Assembly (NCBI GenBank): GCA_035325685.1
Contig: DAOKZJ010000001.1
Span: forward strand, 160 to 64,159
DNA length: 64,000 nucleotides
From: Candidatus Moraniibacteriota bacterium
GTDB lineage: Bacteria > Patescibacteriota > Minisyncoccia > Moranbacterales > GWC2-37-73
Reading direction: 5' to 3'
Below are positions 18,508 to 27,776 of this stretch, piece after piece. Both the position numbers and the translations under genes were made by a program. The notes beneath the pieces were generated by a model. That model saw only the letters and a list, made by a program, of their open reading frames with translations, was not told where the DNA came from and searched no databases. Position 1 is the first letter of the stretch; each line of letters starts with the position of its first letter.

Positions 18508-19011
18508 ATGCCCAAAATGGACAAATTCAATCCCCAAAAACATGGCGGAGCATCGGCACTGGGAAGAAGGGAGATTTTAACGCTCCTCAACAAGGAAGCT
18601 GGCCTGTCCTTCGACATCTTGAAAATGGCCGTGATTGAAAAAGAGAATGGCCAAATAAGGGCTTTTGCCTTCATGGAACATTCCGATCTTTTTCTGAGGC
18701 GCTGCATGGATGCGGCAGCTCTTCTTGCCTGCGCCGTTTTTAATCCCCAGGCAACTTTGCGACCGCATATCCGTTGCTTTTTGACCTCTGCAACAGAAAA
18801 TAAAAACGTGCCGCCCGGAACTGACCTGGAAATAATCGCAAAGTCGTTGGAAAGCGCAGCTCCTATCCAAAAACGTTTCGGCGTGCAAGTTTTGCGCCGG
18901 GACACGGGCCAAGAAATAGCTCGAAGTCACGTGGAAGTGGATCCGTTCGCGTCGGCCACTTATTCGCCTTATGAAAAAATTGCCGGCAAAATAAGCCGCG
19001 GTCTAATCTGA
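18508..19011 (+). CDS. Hypothetical protein (167 aa)
   Basis: SD aAAGGAGcatat-ATG. No family recognised. Confidence 0.5.
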   Translation: MPKMDKFNPQKHGGASALGRREILTLLNKEAGLSFDILKMAVIEKENGQIRAFAFMEHSDLFLRRCMDAAALLACAVFNPQATLRPHIRCFLTSATENKNVPPGTDLEIIAKSLESAAPIQKRFGVQVLRRDTGQEIARSHVEVDPFASATYSPYEKIAGKISRGLI

Positions 19012-19022
19012 AAGGAGAGCAC

Positions 19023-19361
19023 ATGAAGGAAAAAGTCAAAACCTGGGGAGAAATTGTAGCGATGTATCCGTCCAGCGAATACTTCGTCATGACTAGCAGG
19101 CTCACCCCTTTTCGGGGAAATCCCGAAGCTTTCCTGGACAAAGTCGTCTTGGAAAGATCCTTGCTTTCAGGGCATGGCATCGCCCGCCCCGTAAAGACAA
19201 TAAGCGACACCAAACACTTCCCCGTCGGACGCAGGTTCTACGGCACGAACATCATCAGCGGAATATTCTGCAAGCCGGGCGAGCACGCCGTTTTGGCTGT
19301 CCAGCTGCTCGACAGCAATAACCGCCCTCTGCGCACCCATATAACGGAGCTGCGCGCCTGA
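19023..19361 (+). CDS. Hypothetical protein (112 aa)
   Basis: SD gAAAGGAGagcac-ATG, and a terminator follows. Confidence 0.5.
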   Translation: MKEKVKTWGEIVAMYPSSEYFVMTSRLTPFRGNPEAFLDKVVLERSLLSGHGIARPVKTISDTKHFPVGRRFYGTNIISGIFCKPGEHAVLAVQLLDSNNRPLRTHITELRA

Positions 19362-19398
19362 AAAAAATCCCCCACCGGAACACCGGCGGGGGATTTTC
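19362..19398. terminator. Bidirectional rho-independent terminator
   Basis: cccccaccgg-aaca-ccggcggggg, flanked by an A-run and a T-run. It lies between a plus-strand hypothetical gene and rplU. Confidence 0.7.
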
Positions 19399-19426
19399 AT
19401 ATCATTCGAAAGTTTTTGCTATATGC

Positions 19427-19735
19427 TCAGGCTATCTTGCTGATTTCCACTTCCGTAAAAGACTGACGGTGACCGAATTTCACCTTATAACGTTTTTTGG
19501 GCTTATGCTTGATGCCCCAAACTTTGTTTGCACGATCCTGCTTGGTGATGACCGCCTCCACTTTTGCCCCGGAAACGAGCGGGGTTCCGACTCTCACCTC
19601 CTTTTCGTCCCCGACCAAAAGGACTTCTTCGAAAGAAATCTTTGCTCCTACTTCCCCTTCCAATTTTTCCACTTTGATCTTCTCCCCTTCGGAAACCTTG
19701 TATTGCTTGCCTCCGGTCTTGATAATAGCCAACAT
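19427..19735 (-). CDS. rplU: 50S ribosomal protein L21
   Basis: MLAIIKTGGKQYKVSEGEKIKVEKL...KFGHRQ is typical of bL21. Confidence 0.93.
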   Translation of the reverse strand: MLAIIKTGGKQYKVSEGEKIKVEKLEGEVGAKISFEEVLLVGDEKEVRVGTPLVSGAKVEAVITKQDRANKVWGIKHKPKKRYKVKFGHRQSFTEVEISKIA

Positions 19736-19815
19736 TGCCGTAAAAATAAGGATAATTGTTACTGGATAATTCTATCCCAAAGGCCCCGTTCTGTCAACAT
19801 CGGAAGATGCTGCGC

Positions 19816-21669
19816 CTACTCCAGCACCGCCTTGATTCTCCGCACTCCCGCGCTGGAAGCCTCCTCTTTGACGATGCGGAATTTGCCCAAAACGCCGGTC
19901 CTTTCGGCGTGCGGTCCGCCGCATATTTCCCTGCTGTAAACCACTCCGCCCTTTTCGACGGTATAGACCGTCACTTTTTCGCCGTATTTGGCCTCAAAAA
20001 CACCCATGGCTCCCGACAGCCTGGCCTTGTCCAATTCCATCTCCTCAAAGCTTACAGGGGCGTCTGCGGCGATTGCAGCGTTCACATAGCTTTCCACGGC
20101 CTCTTTTTGCTCCTGGGTCATTTTTTCGCCATGGGCAAAATCAAACCTGAGTCTTTCCGGCGTGATATTGGAACCTTTTTGGATTACATGGTCGCCCAGA
20201 ACCTTGCGAAGTCCCGCCAGCATCAGATGAGCTGCGGTATGGAGCCTTTTGGTTTCCTCTCCGCTGTCTTGGAGCCCGCCTTTGAACATGCCGGCTGAGG
20301 CCGTACGGGAAAGCTCCTGATGTTTTTTAAGCTCCTGCTCGAAAGCTTTTTCGTCTACCAAGATCCCTTTTTCTTTGGCCAACTCCTTGGTCATTTCCAA
20401 AGGAAAGCCATATGTGGCATAAAGATCAAATGCTTCCTTGCCGCCCACCTCCTGCATCTTGCCAAAAAGCCGCATGCCGTTCTCCAGCGTTCTTGAAAAT
20501 TTTTGTTCTTCTTTGGTAAGTTCTTCCAAAATAACCGTGTTTTGGGTTACGAGCTCCCCGTAAAAATCACCGAATTGACTGATAGCCACAGCAGCCACCT
20601 GGGCGGTGAAATCCCCTTCAATCCCGAGGAGTTTGCCGTAGCGCACCGCCCGACGAATCAGGCGACGCAAAACATACCCCGCTCCGGTATTGGAAGGCGT
20701 GATTCCGTCGGCAATGATGAAGGACGCGGCTCTCACGTGATCGGCGATTATGCGGAAAGCCTTGGTTGATTCCGTGCTTTCGCTGTATTTTTTGCCGCAA
20801 AGCTCCGCGATTTTGGCAAAAATCAATTCGAATATTTCCGTTTCGAATACCGTCTTTTCACCTTCGAGCACCATGAGCGTCCGTTCCACGCCCATGCCGG
20901 TGTCCACATTGGGCTTGGCCAGCTTCTCGTATTTCCCTTCGGCGGTCTTATTGAACTCCATGAACACGTCGTTCCAAACTTCAATCAGCTTAAAACTGTC
21001 CACCAAGTCCCCGAATTTCCCTTCCAGGGGATTTTCGGCGCGCTCCTCGTCGCTTCTTACGTCATAGAACATTTCCGTATCTCCCCCGCAAGGACCGGTT
21101 GTTCCCGCAATCCAAAAATTATCCTCGATGCCTAGCGGAATTATCCGGACGTTTTCTTTGACAATCTCGTCATTCGCAGCCACCTCGGCCGCCATGCCCG
21201 CTTTGGCAAAAACTTCCTGCCAGATGGCGATGGCCTCCTCATCACGCGGAATATCCTCCCCGCCTTCATCCGAAGCGGGTTCCCCTTTAAAAACGGTTAC
21301 GTACAATCTGTTTTTGTCCAAACCGAGCCATTGGGGACTGGTCAGGAATTCAAAACTCCACTCTATCGCTTCTTTTTTGAAATAATCCCCGAAACTCCAA
21401 TTGCCCATCATCTCAAAGAAAGTAAGGTGGCGATTATCCCCCACATCCTCAATGTCTCCGGTGCGCACGCATTTTTGCACGTTAGCCACCCTCTTGCCCC
21501 CCGGGTGTTCCTGGCCCAAAAGGTAAGGCACCAAGGGGTGCATACCGGCTGTCGTAAAAAGCGTGGAGGCGTCCGTTTCCCGCGGAACAAGTGAAGCGGA
21601 GGGGATGATCGTATGCCCCTTGGAGGCGAAAAAATCCAGATATTTGCGGCGCAATTCGTTGGCATTCAT
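19816..21669 (-). CDS. alaS: Alanine--tRNA ligase (short form lacking the C-terminal domain)
   Basis: Class II core (FFASKGH...TTAGMHP...FFEMMGNWSFGDYFK) and editing domain (HTAAHLMLAGLRKVL...CGGPHAERTG). About 618 aa from MNANELRRKYLDFF. Confidence 0.93.
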   Translation of the reverse strand: MNANELRRKYLDFFASKGHTIIPSASLVPRETDASTLFTTAGMHPLVPYLLGQEHPGGKRVANVQKCVRTGDIEDVGDNRHLTFFEMMGNWSFGDYFKKEAIEWSFEFLTSPQWLGLDKNRLYVTVFKGEPASDEGGEDIPRDEEAIAIWQEVFAKAGMAAEVAANDEIVKENVRIIPLGIEDNFWIAGTTGPCGGDTEMFYDVRSDEERAENPLEGKFGDLVDSFKLIEVWNDVFMEFNKTAEGKYEKLAKPNVDTGMGVERTLMVLEGEKTVFETEIFELIFAKIAELCGKKYSESTESTKAFRIIADHVRAASFIIADGITPSNTGAGYVLRRLIRRAVRYGKLLGIEGDFTAQVAAVAISQFGDFYGELVTQNTVILEELTKEEQKFSRTLENGMRLFGKMQEVGGKEAFDLYATYGFPLEMTKELAKEKGILVDEKAFEQELKKHQELSRTASAGMFKGGLQDSGEETKRLHTAAHLMLAGLRKVLGDHVIQKGSNITPERLRFDFAHGEKMTQEQKEAVESYVNAAIAADAPVSFEEMELDKARLSGAMGVFEAKYGEKVTVYTVEKGGVVYSREICGGPHAERTGVLGKFRIVKEEASSAGVRRIKAVLE

Positions 21670-21759
21670 AAAAATCAATTTGAAAATTAAAGGATGGTCT
21701 TTGGAATTTGGAATTTTTATCAAAACCCCTGTTGCATGTTATAAATTGTCGCTGCCTTC

Positions 21760-22038
21760 CTAAAGCAACTGCACTTCTCGCTTGAGTCGGCGCATTTCGT
21801 TGGCCAAAGCTATCTGCGCGGCACCGATTCTGGCCATATCTCCTTCGGCCTTTTTGATATCCATTTCAAGCTGAATCTTTTTGCGCTTCAACTCACGAAT
21901 CATTCCTTCCAGCTCCGTCTTTTTGCGTTCATTCTTGCGATATTCCGATTCGCGCAAAATAGCCTCCATCTGCAGCGAGCGCTTCTTAGCTTCTTTTTGC
22001 GGATCGCGGGTTCTGCTTTGCATACTTTTTCTGAACAA
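21760..22038 (-). CDS. Hypothetical coiled-coil protein
   Basis: 92-aa K/E/R-rich ORF with heptad character. No TM helix. Confidence 0.4.
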   Translation of the reverse strand: MFRKSMQSRTRDPQKEAKKRSLQMEAILRESEYRKNERKKTELEGMIRELKRKKIQLEMDIKKAEGDMARIGAAQIALANEMRRLKREVQLL

Positions 22039-22066
22039 ATATTAAGGTCTAACGAGGCTTAGCAAA

Positions 22067-23164
22067 TCATAATGCTTCCTCTATGCTTCCGCCGCCGTAT
22101 ATCTCTCCGTCCTCGCCATAAAAAACCGCGCTCTGCCCAATGGTCACCGCGCGCTGCGGCTCTGAAAATCTAACTTCATACACATCATCCCCTTCTGCGC
22201 GCTCCACCAAACATGCCACGTTCGGATGCCGGTAACGGATCTTTACAAGGGCTTTCAGCGGCAACTTGGGTTCAAAGGCAACCCAGTTGGTCATTTTCAC
22301 TTTCATTCCCTTGCGCAAAATGAGCGGATCGCTTTCATTGTTTGTAACCACCAGCGCATTCGCGCCGAAATCGCGGTCAACCACGTAATACGGACCCGTA
22401 CCGCCGATATTTATGCCTTTGCGCTGGCCTATCGTATAAAGCTCCAACCCCTGATGCTCTCCCAGAACTTTGCCGGCCGTGTCTATTATTTTGCCTGGCG
22501 TGAGTTGCAAGTTGCGCTTCAGAAATTCTGTCGGATATTTTTCCGGCGTAAAGCAAAGACCCTGGGAATCATCCTTGTCGAAAACTGGCAGGTTGAATTC
22601 CTGGGCCATTTCCCGCACCCTGGCCTTGTCGTAACCGCCCACCGGAAAAAGGACTTTTTCCAGCTGGCCCTGCGTCAAATTGTACAAAAAGTAAGTTTGG
22701 TCCTTTTCGTCATCGATCGAAGTATAAAGATGTTTTCTGCCGCCCTTTTCGCGCACTGTCGCATAGTGGCCCGTAGCCACATAGTCAGCGTCCATCTCCA
22801 GCATTTTGCGCATAAGCACCTGGAACTTGATGCGCTGATTGCAAACCACGCAAGGATTGGGCGTGCGCCCGTTCTTGGTCCCTTCCAGATATGCATCCAC
22901 CACTTCGCGTTTAAATTCCGCAGCCACATTCGCCGTGTAAAGCGGGATGTCCAGAATATGCGCAACCGTACGCGCGTCTTGTTGCGATTCCAAAGAGCAG
23001 CATTTATTTTCCCTCAATTCGTCTTGACCCGGCTCTTTCCAAAAATGCATGAACACGCCGATAACTTCGTATCCTTGCTTTTTGAGCAAAGCGGCGGCCA
23101 CCGACGAATCCACGCCGGCGCTCATCCCCAAAACCACTCTTTTTTTCCTAATTTCTTTCTTCAT
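22067..23164 (-). CDS. mnmA: tRNA-specific 2-thiouridylase MnmA
   Basis: PP-loop SAGVDSSV, and the catalytic cysteines (NKCCSLE...NPCVVCNQRIKF). Confidence 0.93.
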   Translation of the reverse strand: MKKEIRKKRVVLGMSAGVDSSVAAALLKKQGYEVIGVFMHFWKEPGQDELRENKCCSLESQQDARTVAHILDIPLYTANVAAEFKREVVDAYLEGTKNGRTPNPCVVCNQRIKFQVLMRKMLEMDADYVATGHYATVREKGGRKHLYTSIDDEKDQTYFLYNLTQGQLEKVLFPVGGYDKARVREMAQEFNLPVFDKDDSQGLCFTPEKYPTEFLKRNLQLTPGKIIDTAGKVLGEHQGLELYTIGQRKGINIGGTGPYYVVDRDFGANALVVTNNESDPLILRKGMKVKMTNWVAFEPKLPLKALVKIRYRHPNVACLVERAEGDDVYEVRFSEPQRAVTIGQSAVFYGEDGEIYGGGSIEEAL

Positions 23165-23252
23165 ATGATATCCATGATATCAGCAAAAAAAGGCTTTGTA
23201 AACAAAAAGCTAAGCTTTAAACACGCTTTAAAGCTTAGCTTTGAAAAGAAAT

Positions 23253-25163
23253 TTAGTCCTTGCGCATCGAGCCGATCATGGAACGAATGTCCTCCAAATT
23301 GGATTCCACTTTTTTGCGTGTCGGTTCAAACTTCTTGGGACCCAGTCCGCTGAGCGAAGAAAGCGACATTGGTTTTTCTTCCGGGGCGATGACCTTGCGC
23401 TCTACCTGGCGCACGGACTTAGCCGGCGCGGATTGGATTGGCCGCTGGCGCATTTCAGGACCTTTGGGCGCAAAAGGCTTTCTGCCGATAGGCTTGGATG
23501 CGGCGTTCATTCCTTGCCGAAAGTCGTTCCGCCCGGAAGGCGCGCTTTGCGAAGCCGGTCTGGCAGCCGCCTGAACCGGTACGATTTTGTCCTGAATTAA
23601 GGGCTTGCCCATGGCAGCAAAACGCTCTTCCTTGAGCTTGGCTTTGGCTTGCATTCTTTGGAAATCCTTAAGGCAATCCTTGCAGAAAGTGGGTCTTTTG
23701 CCGTCCGGCTTGAAAGGCACTTTTATCTGGTCGCCGCATGTTTCACACAGCGCATCAAAAAGTTCCTTTTCTTCTTTGGGCGGATCAGCCGGAGCGGGAT
23801 TTGCGGAAAAATCCTCACTCGACGCAACTTGGCTCGCCTGGATCGATACTCCCGCACCGCCGCTTTGTACCGGAGCGGAAACGGGCGGCATCATTCCAGC
23901 CCAACGCGCAATCTTTTCTTCCACTTCCGCGCGAGGCGATCCATAGCGTTCGCGCGACACGGCTATCACCTTCTCCTCATTTTCCTTGGTGTCATCTATA
24001 TAGATCGGCGGCAATGTGGTGGCCGAAAAAGCGTCTCCGGCGATACCGTCGATCATCAGCTTGAGATATATGTTGTATTTGGGCAGATTGACGATATCGT
24101 TCTGCATGAAAACGGGCGCAAATTCCTTTTCCAAAAATTCCGCATCCATCGCGCCCACCCGAAACGAAATGATGGAACCCACGTTGCCAAAGATGGCATT
24201 GCGCACCGTTTCGGCGATCTGCTCGACGTACTGGTTGGCCAAAATAAGGTTAAGCCGGTATTTGCGCGCTTCCGAAAGGATGTTGGCAAAAGATTCGGTC
24301 GAGAAATTTTGAAACTCGTCCACGTACAGGTAAAAATCCTTGCGCGTTTCCTCCGGAATGTCCACGCGACCCATCGCCGCCAGCTGAATCTTAGTGATCA
24401 TCATGGCGCCAAGCAACGCGCTGGCATCCTCCCCGATTCTTCCTTTGGAGAGGTTCATGATCAAAATCTTGCGCTCATCCATGATGGTACGCACATCAAA
24501 AGAAGATTGGGGTTGTCCCACGATATTGCGGATAAGCGAATTGGACAAAAACTGCCCCACTTTATTTTGAATCGGAGAAACCACTTCTTGGAGCACTTTG
24601 TCGCTCCACTTGGGAAACTCATCCACCCAGAACTGGCGGATGACCGGATCGGTAATCCTTTCCACCACCTTGTCGCGGTATTTTTTATCCACCAAGATGC
24701 GGGTCACGCCCAAGAGCGTACTGCCCGGATATTCCAAAAGACCCATAATGGCGTTGCGCAAGATATATTCCAATCGCGGCCCCCATGAATCCGCCCAGAT
24801 CTTTTTAAACACCCCGACCAAACCGGAAGCCACCAAGTGGCGATATTCCGGATCGATCGATTCCATCGCGTTAAATGCAATCGGAAAGCCTTGGTCAGCC
24901 GGATTGAAATAAATGACATCATTGATGCGTTCGGACGGAATGGCTTTGAGCAGCTTTTCGGCGGTGTCGCCGTGCGGATCGATGTAACAAACCCCGTGTC
25001 CGTTGCGGATATCTTGGACGGCCATGTTTTCGAGCAAATTAGTTTTGCCCATGCCGGTCTTTCCAATGATATACATGTGCCTCCTGCGGTCGTCCGTCTT
25101 GATACCAAACACCCTCTCCTGGTTGCGGAAATTTGTTTTGGCAAAAAAAGTGATTTCATCCAT
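23253..25163 (-). CDS. VirD4/TraD/TrwB-like (type IV coupling protein family) P-loop ATPase with a C-terminal zinc ribbon and a basic low-complexity tail
   Basis: Walker A IIGKTGMGKTNLL followed by CYIDPHGD, Walker B LYVDEFQNF, and ARKYRLNLILANQY. A CxxC-x17-CxxC zinc ribbon (CETCGDQ...FCKDCL) follows, then a ~130-aa P/K/R/S-rich tail. No N-terminal TM helix. Confidence 0.75.
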   Translation of the reverse strand: MDEITFFAKTNFRNQERVFGIKTDDRRRHMYIIGKTGMGKTNLLENMAVQDIRNGHGVCYIDPHGDTAEKLLKAIPSERINDVIYFNPADQGFPIAFNAMESIDPEYRHLVASGLVGVFKKIWADSWGPRLEYILRNAIMGLLEYPGSTLLGVTRILVDKKYRDKVVERITDPVIRQFWVDEFPKWSDKVLQEVVSPIQNKVGQFLSNSLIRNIVGQPQSSFDVRTIMDERKILIMNLSKGRIGEDASALLGAMMITKIQLAAMGRVDIPEETRKDFYLYVDEFQNFSTESFANILSEARKYRLNLILANQYVEQIAETVRNAIFGNVGSIISFRVGAMDAEFLEKEFAPVFMQNDIVNLPKYNIYLKLMIDGIAGDAFSATTLPPIYIDDTKENEEKVIAVSRERYGSPRAEVEEKIARWAGMMPPVSAPVQSGGAGVSIQASQVASSEDFSANPAPADPPKEEKELFDALCETCGDQIKVPFKPDGKRPTFCKDCLKDFQRMQAKAKLKEERFAAMGKPLIQDKIVPVQAAARPASQSAPSGRNDFRQGMNAASKPIGRKPFAPKGPEMRQRPIQSAPAKSVRQVERKVIAPEEKPMSLSSLSGLGPKKFEPTRKKVESNLEDIRSMIGSMRKD

Positions 25164-25231
25164 AAAAAGTTTTTTCTCCTTGCTTCCCTCCCCTTTTTAA
25201 GGAGAGAGCCAGGGTGAGGTTTTTCCCTTTT

Positions 25232-26524
25232 TTATTCAATAGGCAAATTGGCTGGCGCGCCACTGCGACGAGCTTCCACGCGCGTCACCGAAGGAGCGAC
25301 CACTTGCATATCCGGCAAATGAAAAACCGTGGCCAATTCTTCCGTGTTGAGCGCAAATGTTTTGCCCGCGTCACTGCGACTGCGATAACGACCTAAGATC
25401 TTGCGCTGGCGAAAACGCAAGCGCGGCTTGATGAATACGAAGTTGGCGAAAGTCTTGGAATCGTTATCCGGCTTGAACCCATTGAGGTTGTCGTCATTGA
25501 ATTGCTTGATTCCTCCGATAAAGGAACTGACGAAAGTTTTGTCAAATCCCTGCTTGCGCCCAATAAGAATCATGCGCATCTTCACATCATAAAATATCTT
25601 GCCCAAGCTGTCCTCCACGGCTTTGAGCACGTCCCTTTCCACGGGAGAAAGACGAAATTCCAAGGGCTGATCTTCTTTTTTGCTTTTTTCAGTAAGTTTC
25701 ACCTCGCCCTTGAGCGCTCCGATACTGAATGCGTTAAAAATGACGTCCTTAAGATCCGTCCAGACTTTGCTTAAAAAGCTTTCCTCCTCCACGACTTTTC
25801 CTTTAAGCTTATCCGCCGCTTTTCGGCCCTCTTTCGCCGCCCACGCTGGCGAAAGAGGGGTGATCACATACTGAAGCCAGATTTTTTGGCCCGGCGGAAG
25901 TTTGCCCATCGCTTCCACCAATCCGGACAGGGGATCGATCATCTTGCCGGTAACCGATTCTTCAAACCTGTCGTAAGTGCGGATCGGAAAAGCGTCTGCC
26001 TTGGTCAATTCAAAATCGGTACCCCAAAGATCCCACTGCTTGTTGGGCACAACCTTGGGCACGTCATTGACGTAATCCTCCGCTTCGCGCACTTCCACAT
26101 CCGGATATTGCGCGTAAAGATGCGCTTCCACCAAGTGGCGGTATTTGCGCAGCGTACGGATATAAAAGTGTACCTGTCCGCCGTCACTGACCAATTCCAA
26201 ACTGAAAGAGTCTGCAAACATGCCCTGGACATATATTTCCGTAGGCAAAAATCCTTTTTCCACCCCCGCCATGCCGGCAAAAAGCGCCTCCATCGGCTTG
26301 GGACTTTTTTCAATATCCTTGGGCGGAATTATTTCCAAAAGCATCCAATCCAAACTAAGCCAATACTGTACCCTTATATGATACAGCCAGAAAATCATAA
26401 AAATGGGAAAAAGCATCGCCGGTAAAGCGACGTACCACGCGTAAGAAAACACGTGCAAAGTCTGCGACAGCGAAGTTCCCAAATTAACTGCTGCTTGGCT
26501 GAATGCCTGTTGGACAAGTTCCAT
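25232..26524 (-). CDS. Membrane-anchored hypothetical protein (430 aa)
   Basis: One N-terminal TM helix (YAWYVALPAMLFPIFMIFWLY), then a large soluble domain. It lies 68 nt upstream of the ATPase and co-oriented with it. Confidence 0.6.
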   Translation of the reverse strand: MELVQQAFSQAAVNLGTSLSQTLHVFSYAWYVALPAMLFPIFMIFWLYHIRVQYWLSLDWMLLEIIPPKDIEKSPKPMEALFAGMAGVEKGFLPTEIYVQGMFADSFSLELVSDGGQVHFYIRTLRKYRHLVEAHLYAQYPDVEVREAEDYVNDVPKVVPNKQWDLWGTDFELTKADAFPIRTYDRFEESVTGKMIDPLSGLVEAMGKLPPGQKIWLQYVITPLSPAWAAKEGRKAADKLKGKVVEEESFLSKVWTDLKDVIFNAFSIGALKGEVKLTEKSKKEDQPLEFRLSPVERDVLKAVEDSLGKIFYDVKMRMILIGRKQGFDKTFVSSFIGGIKQFNDDNLNGFKPDNDSKTFANFVFIKPRLRFRQRKILGRYRSRSDAGKTFALNTEELATVFHLPDMQVVAPSVTRVEARRSGAPANLPIE

Positions 26525-26575
26525 GTGCCTATTTCGCCCGAGAAACGCCCGGGCGGCCTTTTTGCAAAAGGTGCC

Positions 26576-27628
26576 CTATTTGCCGAGCGTATAATGGCCG
26601 GCGGCGTTCTTGCGGAAAAAATTGTTCAGATTTATAACTACCGTGGACTTTTTCACTTGGCGTACTTTCAACACTTCTTCGATCACCTGGTCGCGACTGA
26701 GTCCCTTGGGATTCTTTTTGAGAATATCTTCAATGACATCCTTGACCGTTCCGGTTTTATACCCCCATTCACTCAGAGCGTATATGCCGCGTCCGACCAG
26801 CACGAAATTGTCATCCTTGATCAGTTCATTATGCACGGTTTGCGGATGAGTGGCGCGCTTGCCCAATTTAAAACTGTCTATGCGCTTGGCTATCTCGCGG
26901 AAATGAAGCGGCTCCTTGGCCTCCTTGAGTATCAAATATGCCCTCTCGCGGGTCCCCTTGGGAGTAACTTCCTTCCACCTGCTAAGACCCCACTTACCGA
27001 AGGTGTTACTCTTTATATCTTCAGCCGCCCCCAAAAAATTCCTGATGGATTTTTCCGTGGCCACACCCTTACCCAAAGATGCCACCATCTTGGAAACAAG
27101 CTCGGCCTCTTCCAGGGGACGCTCTTCTTTTTCCAAAACCGCCCGCGCCGCCGCATGCACTCTCTCCCAATCCTTAAGCTCGAAAGAATTCAAGGCGTAA
27201 GAATATTTGAGCTTCCCTCTTATTTCCACGCCCTTGACGTCGCTAAGACATTCCAGAAAAAACCGCGCCGCGCCGGCCTCTTTGGAATCATTGGCGCCGA
27301 GGGCCGCGATGAGCGACTCTTCATCCATTATACCATCATGTGCCGAAACTTCATAGCGGATAGCCTCCCTTACCGGTGCCAGCGCTTCTTCGTCTTTAAT
27401 TTGGGACACCTTGCGACATATTTCGCGAATAATCTGACGGATACGTTCGCGTGTCACGCCGTATTTGTTGCCGATTTCTTCGAGCGTAAGCATCTTGGCT
27501 TTGCCGATGCCGTAACGCGATCTGACTATTTCGCCGCTCCGCTCGGGAAAGTGTACCGACAACGCTTCCAGCGCTGCCAGAAAACTCACTTTTTTTTCGA
27601 ATTTTTCGCCACCTTGGGTGTTTTTCAT
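26576..27628 (-). CDS. Sigma-70 region 4-like HTH + HARE-HTH domain protein (putative DNA-binding regulator)
   Basis: The N-terminus has a sigma70_r4-type HTH (IVRSRYGIGKAKMLTLEEIGNKYGVTRERIRQI). The C-terminus resembles HARE-HTH (LHFREIAKRI...FVLVGRGIYALSEWGY). Confidence 0.65.
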   Translation of the reverse strand: MKNTQGGEKFEKKVSFLAALEALSVHFPERSGEIVRSRYGIGKAKMLTLEEIGNKYGVTRERIRQIIREICRKVSQIKDEEALAPVREAIRYEVSAHDGIMDEESLIAALGANDSKEAGAARFFLECLSDVKGVEIRGKLKYSYALNSFELKDWERVHAAARAVLEKEERPLEEAELVSKMVASLGKGVATEKSIRNFLGAAEDIKSNTFGKWGLSRWKEVTPKGTRERAYLILKEAKEPLHFREIAKRIDSFKLGKRATHPQTVHNELIKDDNFVLVGRGIYALSEWGYKTGTVKDVIEDILKKNPKGLSRDQVIEEVLKVRQVKKSTVVINLNNFFRKNAAGHYTLGK

Positions 27629-27707
27629 ATATTTGCCTTAAGAAAATATGGATTATCGCATTCACATTATACTAACATATATTATAATTTTGTCAATGAT
27701 TTATTTC

Positions 27708-27748
27708 CTTATCCCAAAAAACGACTTATTCCCCCATGAATAAGTCGT
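27708..27748 (-). terminator. Rho-independent terminator after pheT
   Basis: On the minus strand: cgacttattc-atggggg-aataagtcg followed by ttttttggg. Confidence 0.6.
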
Positions 27749-27776
27749 TTTTGCTTTTTTGCGAAGATTTCGCCGT

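Noticed and set aside
22226-24788. Long plus-strand ORFs (375 and 379 aa)
   Set aside because: They are antisense to mnmA and to the VirD4-like ATPase gene.
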